From: an uncultured Acidobacteriota bacterium
GTDB lineage: Bacteria > Acidobacteriota > Thermoanaerobaculia > Multivoradales > JAHEKO01
Assembly: GCA_963713825.1 (NCBI GenBank)
Contig: CAVQNG010000025.1
Location: 96,001 to 160,000 of the forward strand
Direction of reading: 5' to 3'
Length of the DNA stretch: 64,000 nt
Of this stretch, positions 9,357-17,391 are shown piece after piece (the first letter of the stretch is position 1; each line of letters opens with the position of its first letter). The translations under genes and the position numbers were made by a program. The notes beneath the pieces are model-generated. The model was not told the origin of the DNA and searched no databases. It saw only the letters and a program-made list of their open reading frames with translations.

Positions 9357-9638
9357 ACGAGAAGAGGGTCATCTGCCCCGGGGTCCAGAGCCTTGGTGCC
9401 CCAAGCCCTCAAAGACCGGCTGACACGAAGTGCTGCCGGCTCAACCCCCAAGCCCCAGAGACCGGCCGGGAGGTACGACCGGGCGCCTCAACCCTGTCTG
9501 CTTGCAGGCAGTGAATGCATTGTCATACACTCCGGCCACCAAAACTCGATCCAGTCCGTTGGGCAGAACCGACGGTTGAGGGCCGAAGGTCGGTGGATGG
9601 GTGTCGTCCGTCGCGGTCAGTCAGACAAGGAGTCGCTG

Positions 9639-11405
9639 ATGAGTGCTAGCGAAGCGCAGGCTGTCGGGGTGGAAGAACCCGGAGCCGAGCACCACGAGCT
9701 GCCGTTCTGGCAGCGCTACATCTTCTCGCAGGACCACAAGGTCATCGGGCTCCAGTACGGGTTCACCGCTCTTTGCTTCTTGCTGTTTGGCTTCAGCCTG
9801 ATGCTGATGATGCGTTGGCAGCTGGCCTATCCAGGTCGGCCTGTGCCGATCATCGGCGGTCTACTCGGCAGCGCCAATGCTCCCGGTGGCATCATGCTGC
9901 CCGAGTTCTACAACCAGCTGGGAGCGATGCACGGCACTGTCATGGTGTTCCTGGCGGTCGTTCCCCTGCTGGTGGGTGCCTACGGCAACTACCTCGTCCC
10001 CCTTCAGATTGGTGCTCCCGACATGGCGTTTCCGAAGCTGAACATGGCCAGCTACTGGTGCTACCTGCCAGGTGGCCTCATCATGCTGGCCAGCTTCTTC
10101 GTACCAGGTGGAGCCGCCAATTCGGGTTGGACCTCGTATCCGCCGCTTTCCAATATCGCCACCTCGGGTCAAACATGGTGGTTGGTGGGGATGATCTTCC
10201 TGATCACCTCGTCGCTGCTGGGCTCGGTGAATTTCATCGTCACCATCTTCCAGTTGCGCGCCGAAGGACTGGACTTCATGCGGCTGCCGATGTTCGTCTG
10301 GTCGCAGCTGGTGACGTCATTTCTGTTGCTGCTGGCCTTTCCACCCTTGGAAGCGGCGGGCATTCTCCAACTGATGGATCGGGTGGCGGGTACCAGCTTC
10401 TTCATGCCCAGCGGTCTGGTCGTCAGTGGTGAGGTCCTGGAGATAGCCGGCGGTGGCAACCCATTGCTGTGGCAGCATCTCTTCTGGTTCCTGGCGCATC
10501 CAGAGGTCTACGTTCTGATTCTGCCGGCAATGGGAATCGTCGCGGAGGTGATAGCCAACAACACCCGCAAACCGCTTTGGGGCTACAAGGCGATGGTCTA
10601 CTCAGCCGTCTTCCTGGGCTTCATGTCGTTCATCGTCTGGGCGCATCACATGTTCCTGACCGGCATGGGTACGGCGATCAGTTCGTTCTTCCAGACCACC
10701 ACCATGATCATCTCCGTTCCGTCGGTGGTCATTCTTTCAGCGCTATTGATCTCCCTCTGGGGCGGTTCCATACGGTTCAACACCCCAATGCTCTTTGCGT
10801 TGGCTTTCCTGCCGATGTTCGGTGTCGGCGGGCTCACCGGCCTCCCTCTCGGGCTGGCTCCGAGCGATATCCACCTGCATGACACCTACTACGTCATTGG
10901 GCATTTTCACTACGTCGTGGCCCCCGGCACGATCTTCGCGATCTTCGCTGGAATCTACTACTGGTTCCCGAAGATCACCGGCAGAATGATGAGTGAGCGC
11001 CTGGGCAAGCTCCACTTCTGGCCATCCCTGATATTCATGAATGGGATCTTCATGCCGATGTTCGTCCAGGGACTGGCCGGAGTGTCCAGGAGACTGTACG
11101 ACGGCGGAGCCCAGTATTCCCACGCCCAGGGCGTGCTGCACTGGAATCTCTTCATGTCGGTGTCGGCGTTCGGTCTTCTCATCGCCCAGATCCCCTTCAT
11201 CATCAACCTCTTCGTGAGCATCAAGAAGGGCGTCAAGGTCGGTTCAAATCCCTGGGACGCCACGACGCTGGAATGGGTCGCCGCGCCTTCGCCGCCTGTC
11301 GCTCATGGCAACTTCCCGGAGCTGCCGGTCGTTACCCGCGGACCCTACGAATACAGCCCACCAGAATCGGACGAGGGCTATCTGCCCCAGAACGCCGTGG
11401 CTTGA
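9639..11405 (+). CDS. ctaD: Cytochrome c oxidase subunit I (heme-copper oxidase, A family)
   Basis: RBS AAGGAG before ATG 9639. MHG, GAPDMAFP, HPEVY, WAHH, HDTYYVIGHFH, SRR. Confidence 0.96.
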   Translation: MSASEAQAVGVEEPGAEHHELPFWQRYIFSQDHKVIGLQYGFTALCFLLFGFSLMLMMRWQLAYPGRPVPIIGGLLGSANAPGGIMLPEFYNQLGAMHGTVMVFLAVVPLLVGAYGNYLVPLQIGAPDMAFPKLNMASYWCYLPGGLIMLASFFVPGGAANSGWTSYPPLSNIATSGQTWWLVGMIFLITSSLLGSVNFIVTIFQLRAEGLDFMRLPMFVWSQLVTSFLLLLAFPPLEAAGILQLMDRVAGTSFFMPSGLVVSGEVLEIAGGGNPLLWQHLFWFLAHPEVYVLILPAMGIVAEVIANNTRKPLWGYKAMVYSAVFLGFMSFIVWAHHMFLTGMGTAISSFFQTTTMIISVPSVVILSALLISLWGGSIRFNTPMLFALAFLPMFGVGGLTGLPLGLAPSDIHLHDTYYVIGHFHYVVAPGTIFAIFAGIYYWFPKITGRMMSERLGKLHFWPSLIFMNGIFMPMFVQGLAGVSRRLYDGGAQYSHAQGVLHWNLFMSVSAFGLLIAQIPFIINLFVSIKKGVKVGSNPWDATTLEWVAAPSPPVAHGNFPELPVVTRGPYEYSPPESDEGYLPQNAVA

Positions 11406-11423
11406 GGAGAACAGAGGAAAGTC

Positions 11424-12014
11424 ATGCAGATCCCCTACACCGTCGAGCAGCGCCCTGATACAGGCCTTTACAACGCCAAGCTGGGCGTGTGGCTCTTCCT
11501 GGCCTCTGAAGTCATGTTGTTTGGGGCTTTGTTCTCGGCCCTCATTCTCCTGCGAACGGGTGCAACCACCTGGCCACATGGCTATGAAGTGCTGAATGTC
11601 CCGTTGGCGACGATGAACACCATGGTGCTCATCACCTCGTCCGTCTCGATGGTCATGTCATGGGCGGCGCTGCGCCTCGGCGACTTCGGCCGATACCGCA
11701 AGTGGATGGGCCTGACTTTTGTGCTCGGACTCGTGTTCATGGTCATCAAGAGCATCGAGTACGCCGCCAAGTTCGAGCACCATCTGTATCCGTCTCACGA
11801 CAATTTCATGGCCACCTATTTCACCCTGACTGGTCTGCATGGTCTGCATGTTCTGGGCGGCATGATCGTTATTGGCTATCTGCTCGGGCCGGGAAGCAAG
11901 ATGTGGAAGTCGGAGCCCGAGCGGTTTACCAATCGAGTCGAGGTGGTCGGGCTGTACTGGCATTTCGTGGATCTGGTCTGGATCTTTCTTTTCCCCACCC
12001 TTTACCTGCTGTAG
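11424..12014 (+). CDS. ctaE: Cytochrome c oxidase subunit III
   Basis: WLFLASEVMLF, TGLHGLHV, YWHFVDLVW. Confidence 0.95.
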   Translation: MQIPYTVEQRPDTGLYNAKLGVWLFLASEVMLFGALFSALILLRTGATTWPHGYEVLNVPLATMNTMVLITSSVSMVMSWAALRLGDFGRYRKWMGLTFVLGLVFMVIKSIEYAAKFEHHLYPSHDNFMATYFTLTGLHGLHVLGGMIVIGYLLGPGSKMWKSEPERFTNRVEVVGLYWHFVDLVWIFLFPTLYLL

Positions 12015-12033
12015 TGGGTAGGAGGAGGCGTCG

Positions 12034-12333
12034 ATGAGTGGACACAGTGTCGAGGAGATCAGAAAGGAAACCAGGGTCTACGTTCTGGTCTTCGTAGCCC
12101 TTGCAGTGTTGACGCTCGTCACGGTGGGCGTCAGCTACCTGCACCTGAGCTTCGGCGCCGCGGTGGCCCTGGCTCTGTTCATTGCTTCGATCAAGGGCAC
12201 CCTCGTGGCCGCCTTCTTCATGCATCTGATCTCGGAGAGGAAGCTAGTCGTCGCGGTGCTGGTTCTGACCGCGATCTTCTTTGTCGCTTTGATGCTTCTG
12301 CCCCTGGGTGGCTACGTCGACAGGCTGCGCTGA
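12034..12333 (+). CDS. Cytochrome c oxidase subunit IV (prokaryotic)
   Basis: 3 TM, IASIKGTLVAAFFMHL. RBS GGAGG. Confidence 0.88.
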   Translation: MSGHSVEEIRKETRVYVLVFVALAVLTLVTVGVSYLHLSFGAAVALALFIASIKGTLVAAFFMHLISERKLVVAVLVLTAIFFVALMLLPLGGYVDRLR

Positions 12334-12335
12334 TC

Positions 12336-12539
12336 ATGTTGTCTCTGCGGAGCTTTCACGTTGTCTTCATCGTGGCCTCGATTCTCCTGTCTCTGGGGGT
12401 CGGAGCTTGGGGCGCACAGCAGTACCTGCAGCGATCGAGCACTCAGGGCTTGGCAATGGCGGTGATCTTCTTCCTGACGGCGATACTGCTGGCGCTGTAT
12501 GCCCTGCGGTACTTCGGCAAACTGAGGAGGCTCGAGTAG
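12336..12539 (+). CDS. Small 2-TM membrane protein in the oxidase operon
   Basis: SLRSFHVVFI, two TMs, 2-3 nt spacing from its neighbours. Confidence 0.7.
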   Translation: MLSLRSFHVVFIVASILLSLGVGAWGAQQYLQRSSTQGLAMAVIFFLTAILLALYALRYFGKLRRLE

Positions 12540-12542
12540 GAA

Positions 12543-12851
12543 ATGCGGCGCACCGATTCGACCTCGACTCGCAAGAACAAGGGATCAGCCGCGGCAAGAT
12601 GGATCGCGGTACCCATGGCTCTACTCGCGGCGCTGGCCTTGTCGCAGTCCGCCGCCGCCTGTGCTGTTTGCTATGGCGCCGAAGATTCGGCCATGACAGC
12701 TGGAGTGAATAACGCGATTCTCCTGCTACTGGGAGTGGTGGCCTTGGTCCAAGGTAGCTTTGCGGCGCTGTTCCTGTCTCTTCGTCAGCGTGCCCGTCGA
12801 GCACGGAGCCAGGCCAAGGGACAGCGACCGTCGATTGGAGGGACCCTCTAG
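12543..12851 (+). CDS. Small exported/membrane protein with CxxC motif
   Basis: Signal peptide ending AAA, then CAVCYG, then a TM helix. Stop abuts the coxB ATG. Confidence 0.7.
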   Translation: MRRTDSTSTRKNKGSAAARWIAVPMALLAALALSQSAAACAVCYGAEDSAMTAGVNNAILLLLGVVALVQGSFAALFLSLRQRARRARSQAKGQRPSIGGTL

Positions 12852-13652
12852 ATGCACTCGATACTGAGCCGATGGCTTCCCGAGAACGCCGCCGCACACG
12901 GTGCGGAGATCGACCGCATCATGGTCATGGTGCATTGGCTGATGCTCTTACTCTTCGTCGGGTGGAGTCTCTACTTCATCTACGTCCTGTTTCGGTTTCG
13001 GGCCGGTAGAAACCCCAAGGCGAGCTATACCGGGGTCAAGAGCCACTTCTCTTCGTACTTGGAAGGAGGCGTCGTCCTGGCGGAGGCCATCCTTCTGATC
13101 GGCTTCGCCATTCCGGCCTGGGCACGATGGGTAACCCCCCATGCGCCGGAAGCAGATGCCCTGCAGGTCAGGGTTGTTGCTGAGCAATTTGCCTGGAACG
13201 TTCACTACCCGGGTCCCGATGGCGTCTTTGGGAGTGCCGATATCAATCTCATCGATGCGGCCAACCCCTTGGGTTTGGATCGGCAGGATCCCTTTGCCAA
13301 GGACGACGTGACGACGATCAATCAACTCCATTTGCCTGTCAATCGAGCCGTCACGGTTCTGCTGTCCAGCAAGGATGTGATTCACAGTTTCTTCCTCCCG
13401 GTCATGCGGGTCAAACAGGACACGATCCCGGGAATGGAGATACCGGTTCGCTTCGTACCTGTGGCCACGACGCCAGAGGAGGCACAGCTGCCTGGCTGCG
13501 CGGCCAACGTTTCCTGTTGGGAGATCGCTTGTGCTCAGTTGTGTGGTCTCGGCCACTACCGGATGCGAGGTTTCTTCCAGGTGCACTCACAGGCCGACTT
13601 CGACCTTTGGATGGATCAGCAGGTCAAGAAGCTGGCACCGGCCACGAGCTGA
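12852..13652 (+). CDS. ctaC: Cytochrome c oxidase subunit II (CuA)
   Basis: 2 TM, QFAW, DVIHSF, CAQLCGLGHYRM. No c-type heme domain. Confidence 0.94.
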   Translation: MHSILSRWLPENAAAHGAEIDRIMVMVHWLMLLLFVGWSLYFIYVLFRFRAGRNPKASYTGVKSHFSSYLEGGVVLAEAILLIGFAIPAWARWVTPHAPEADALQVRVVAEQFAWNVHYPGPDGVFGSADINLIDAANPLGLDRQDPFAKDDVTTINQLHLPVNRAVTVLLSSKDVIHSFFLPVMRVKQDTIPGMEIPVRFVPVATTPEEAQLPGCAANVSCWEIACAQLCGLGHYRMRGFFQVHSQADFDLWMDQQVKKLAPATS

Positions 13653-13727
13653 TCGGCTTTTCTGCTGACGGCGACCTTCTCGCAGCTGCTGCAGAGCGGG
13701 AGACCTGGGGGCAGGTATGATCGGCGC

Positions 13728-14150
13728 ATGCCTGATCTATCGACGCTGCCCACTGTCAATGCGTTGCTGAATGGTCTGAGCGGCACCTTTCTGGTGGCTG
13801 GCTACTGGCTGATCCGGCAACGCAAGATCGGAGCTCACAAGGCCAGTATGCTGGCTGCCTTCGCCTGCTCCATCCTGTTTCTCGTCAGCTACCTCTTCTA
13901 CCATTCGCAGGTGGGTTCCGTTCGATTCCAGGGAACGGGAATGCTGAGGACGTTCTACCTGGGGGTCCTGTTGACCCATTCGGTGCTGGCGGCTGCCGTA
14001 CCGATCCTGGCGGTGATTACGCTGACTCGGGCGCTACGGGGTCGATTCGACAAGCACGCGGAGATTGCTCGCTGGACGTTGCCGATCTGGCTCTATGTGT
14101 CCGTCACCGGCGTCCTCGTGTACTGGATGCTCTACCACCTGTCGATCTGA
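13728..14150 (+). CDS. DUF420 family membrane protein
   Basis: LPTVNALLN, FLVSYL.YH, THSVLA, IWLYVSVTG. Confidence 0.9.
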   Translation: MPDLSTLPTVNALLNGLSGTFLVAGYWLIRQRKIGAHKASMLAAFACSILFLVSYLFYHSQVGSVRFQGTGMLRTFYLGVLLTHSVLAAAVPILAVITLTRALRGRFDKHAEIARWTLPIWLYVSVTGVLVYWMLYHLSI

Positions 14151-14157
14151 CGAGATC

Positions 14158-15327
14158 TTACAGGTCCTGCGTGTCTCCAGATTGGAGTCGGAGTGTGAGG
14201 AACCTCGCCAACTCATCGGCAGCCAGTGCATGACCGGCTCGGGTCCAGTGCCGATCGAGTCGAAAGTACAACTCCTCGCCCCGGGACAGACCCGTGACGA
14301 AGGGTGGTCCGAGGTCGAGAGTCGGAATCTCGTGGCGGTCGAGCAATTCCTGGAAGATCCGAGTTGGAGTCGAAGGGTCGTAGTCGGCTGGGTCGACGGC
14401 CAAACTGGTGAGACTCATCTGCCAACGTTCGGGCTCGAGTTGGATCTCGCTCGGGATCAGAACGGCGACGAGCTCGAAACCGAGCTCCTCGGATAGCTCC
14501 GTGAATCTTCCGAGAGCTTCATCCGTGGCGTCGATCGCCGGGCGTAGCTCCTGTTCGGCCGACTTCCTGTAGACGCCGAGCTCCTCCCTGAGCGTCCTGG
14601 TTTTCCATGGCTCTCCCAGACCCAGCTTGTCACGGAGAGGCTGGAAGCCGGGCTGGTCGAGCAAGCTCTTGGCAGCCACAAAAAGATGGGAGTGGCGGTG
14701 CAGCCAAGCTTTGATGCCACCAGCGGACTGGCTGGGGACCAGCAACCCGTCGACGAGCAGAATCTCCTCGCGGTCTGGTGACGCGTCCACCAGATCGTTG
14801 CCCAGGAAGATCGCCAGAACGACGATGTCCGGCTCCAACGCGACACCATGTCGTCGGAGCCAGCTCTCCGCGTCGGGCACACCGAAGGCCGGGGTGCCGG
14901 CGTTCAGACCCTCAGCTGCGGTTCGGTCGTGTCGCGCGAGTCGGGCTGGAAGCAGGGCGGTGAACGTCTCTGTATCCTCGACTCCGACGCCGAAAACGAA
15001 CGAGTCTCCGACGACCAGTACTCTCAGGATCTCGTCGGACGAGGAACCGACCTCAGGGCCTCGAAGCCCGGCCTGGTTGATCCGGATCTCGTTCGAGTAC
15101 TCCGCGCGGTTGTAGATGTTGCCGCGATACCCCGGTGACAGTCGGTAGCGCCCTGGTGGATCGGGAATGTAGAAGCCACCAGGCTCGATGACCAACCTGG
15201 GCTGCGGCCGCGCCAGTCGAACCAGGATCTCGGCGGCAGCCAGGCTCAGAACCAGAGATACGGCAAGCGTGATCGCCGGCACGAGGAGCGTCTTCAGCAG
15301 GCTCTGGCGTCGCGTTGGGAGAGGCAT
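14158..15327 (-). CDS. SGNH/GDSL hydrolase family protein
   Basis: N-terminal TM, GDSFVFG, GND, DRHWTRAGH. Confidence 0.85.
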   Translation of the reverse strand: MPLPTRRQSLLKTLLVPAITLAVSLVLSLAAAEILVRLARPQPRLVIEPGGFYIPDPPGRYRLSPGYRGNIYNRAEYSNEIRINQAGLRGPEVGSSSDEILRVLVVGDSFVFGVGVEDTETFTALLPARLARHDRTAAEGLNAGTPAFGVPDAESWLRRHGVALEPDIVVLAIFLGNDLVDASPDREEILLVDGLLVPSQSAGGIKAWLHRHSHLFVAAKSLLDQPGFQPLRDKLGLGEPWKTRTLREELGVYRKSAEQELRPAIDATDEALGRFTELSEELGFELVAVLIPSEIQLEPERWQMSLTSLAVDPADYDPSTPTRIFQELLDRHEIPTLDLGPPFVTGLSRGEELYFRLDRHWTRAGHALAADELARFLTLRLQSGDTQDL

Positions 15328-15366
15328 GGCGTCGAAGCGAGGGGACCGGCCCTATTCGGTCGATGC

Positions 15367-16107
15367 TCAATCGAGATAGCCGAGCGCCCTGAACTCCTCG
15401 ACGAGCTCGGCGTCGATGTCTGAAGCCGTAGTGCTGCCCTGCCGGGCCTTGCCCCACGTCGGAATGGTCTTCAAGGGGTTGGCCGCGCGGAACTCGGGAG
15501 TGAAGAGGCCGACACGCGTCTTGCCGTCGAAGTCCTCCGCGATTGGCAGATTCAAGGAGTACAGCAGAGTTGGTGTGATGTCGAAAGTGTGGACCACTGG
15601 GGTCGAGAACGTCGGATCGATGTCGGGGCCTACGGCGATGAAGATCCCCTTCGTCTTTGCAGAGTGGGTGGCGGTGAGCTCTTCGACAGACTGCATGACC
15701 CCTGGGATCTCTTGGTCGTGGAAGAAGACTTCGCTCGGACGCTTGCGTTTGTGGACGACGACCGTCAGGTCGGCACCTTTCTCCAGCTGATCGCTAGTAG
15801 GCTGCCGAATGCCGAACAGCGGGGCACCGTTCTCGTGCACGACCGATCTCAAGTCTGTCGCCAACTCCTCGCGCAGGGCGTCCGGATCTCCGGGACTGAC
15901 CGGGCCCGCGTCGACAAGCCGGCCGAGGATTCGGTCGAAGGCCTCGTAGGCAGCTGGCACGATCTCCGCCCGCAGCGGATCGTCCGTCGCGGTGAGAGGG
16001 TCACCGGAGTCGCCCCTCTGACCACATCCCAAGGCGAGTCCAGCGCCGGCTACGCCGAGTGGCTGCAGCACCTCACGTCGGCTGATTCCTGGCAGCGGAT
16101 TGGGCAT
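15367..16107 (-). CDS. Tat lipoprotein resembling a truncated nucleotide pyrophosphatase/alkaline phosphatase family protein
   Basis: SRREVL and LALGC. GIFIAVGP, DITPTLL, FDGK, FRALGYL. Catalytic core apparently absent. Confidence 0.6.
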   Translation of the reverse strand: MPNPLPGISRREVLQPLGVAGAGLALGCGQRGDSGDPLTATDDPLRAEIVPAAYEAFDRILGRLVDAGPVSPGDPDALREELATDLRSVVHENGAPLFGIRQPTSDQLEKGADLTVVVHKRKRPSEVFFHDQEIPGVMQSVEELTATHSAKTKGIFIAVGPDIDPTFSTPVVHTFDITPTLLYSLNLPIAEDFDGKTRVGLFTPEFRAANPLKTIPTWGKARQGSTTASDIDAELVEEFRALGYLD

Positions 16108-16192
16108 TGGATCTAGTCGGGTTCCGTGCTGTGGGCTGGCCGGGCTTGCAGGGCTCGTCAGTATATTCCAAAGGAGTTGCGTGGCGATCCGT

Positions 16193-17230
16193 TCAGTCGA
16201 GATCGAGTGTCGGTTGTGCAAGGTCTGCGTCAGGGTCGGGTTCCTCGGAGCCCTCTTCTGCCACACCTTCCTGCCGAGGGGTGAAACCGGTATAGAGGAA
16301 GCGGCTGAAGCCGGTCAGATACTGAAGCGGTGGATCCTTCTCGCTCGCCTCCCGCAGCTGCGCCAGCTTGGAGTCCAGATCGTCGATGAAATGCAACGCG
16401 ATCGCTTCCGGTGTCATCGGCTGCACAGGAGAGCCGAACTCGAGTCGCCCCTGGTGGGAGAGGACCAGGTGCTCGAGGTGCAGCTGCAGCTCGGTCGGAA
16501 AATCGGCGATCGCCTGACAGCGTTCGCGCAACAGATCACGGCCCATCACCACGTGACCCACCAGACGCCCTTCCAGGGTGTAATCGTTGTTCGGCATCGC
16601 GCCCAATTCGAGGGTCTTGCCCAGGTCGTGAAAGAGCACGCCCAGTAGGACTGCGTCACGATTCAATTCCGGATAGTGACGGCAGACTCCCAATGCCAGC
16701 TCGGCCATGGAGACCACATGCTCGAGAAGGCCACCCCGGAACGCGTGGTGGATCATCTTGGCGGCTGGGTGCTCTCGAAGCTTCTCCCCATGACTCTCCA
16801 ATGTTTCGTTGGCGAGACGCTTCAGAAGCGGGTCTTCGATCTCCTGGGACATGATTTCGGAGAGGCGCTGCTCGAGCTCGTCGATGCTGAGTCGCGTCGA
16901 AGGGATGAGGGTCGATTCGTCGAAGCCATGTTGGCGGTCGTCGCTAGTGGCCTGTCGGCACTCACGCACGTTGAGCTGGAGTTGATCCCGGTAGCTTTGT
17001 ACCGTTCCCTTGTAGGCCACAAAATCGTGCAGCTCGTAGGTGCCGTTCAAAGCGGGGCTGTCGGACCAGGCTTTGCCGGTAATCGAGCTGCTGGCGTCCT
17101 TGAGCACCAGATCGAGGAAGTCGCGACCGTTCTTGTCCTGACGACGTTCCATTTTGGCGAGATAGGCGAATCCGGAGACGCTGTCCCCATCCTCGAAAGT
17201 GCAAATCGGTTCGTTGCTGCGACGTGTCAT
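16193..17230 (-). CDS. YhaM-like 3'-5' exoribonuclease (OB fold + HD domain)
   Basis: HHAFRGGLLEH, HDLGK, GHVV, SHQG, DDLDSK. Confidence 0.9.
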   Translation of the reverse strand: MTRRSNEPICTFEDGDSVSGFAYLAKMERRQDKNGRDFLDLVLKDASSSITGKAWSDSPALNGTYELHDFVAYKGTVQSYRDQLQLNVRECRQATSDDRQHGFDESTLIPSTRLSIDELEQRLSEIMSQEIEDPLLKRLANETLESHGEKLREHPAAKMIHHAFRGGLLEHVVSMAELALGVCRHYPELNRDAVLLGVLFHDLGKTLELGAMPNNDYTLEGRLVGHVVMGRDLLRERCQAIADFPTELQLHLEHLVLSHQGRLEFGSPVQPMTPEAIALHFIDDLDSKLAQLREASEKDPPLQYLTGFSRFLYTGFTPRQEGVAEEGSEEPDPDADLAQPTLDLD

Positions 17231-17391
17231 GATCTTCGGGCTCCGGAATCTGCAAGCTTCCACATCGTCGGGTCCGTATGACCCAGAGAAGCGCCTGCGT
17301 GGTGAGGCTATTGTATGGCGCATCATGGCCTGCGGTAGTCTTCGACCTCGGGTACCGGTCAATGGCAGTCTTATTGCAGAGGTTACGCACC

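Larger units (their letters stand above)
8986..9496. repeat. Composite modular intergenic repeat, copy A (hairpin L', 8-mer ladder, IR cassette M with REP doublet, two-unit hairpin array H)
   Basis: 9161-9206 matches 42117-42162 at 45/46. 9091-9105 is identical to 61259-61273. The right end GCCTCAACCCTG is the reverse complement of 41927-41938. Confidence 0.85.

Noticed and set aside
9399-9494. Canonical CRISPR array
   Set aside because: Only two units per locus, degenerate repeats, palindromic spacers and no cas genes. Reported instead as a distinct repeat architecture.
9099-9514. Short ORFs over the repeats (9099-9302, 9131-9451, 9164-9514; also 41910-42257, 41932-42228)
   Set aside because: Peptide similarity between loci just reflects the DNA repeat; starts, stops and frames are not conserved.
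9393-9638. 82-aa N-terminal extension of oxidase subunit I in the ORF track
   Set aside because: It runs through repeat DNA; a strong RBS precedes ATG 9639.
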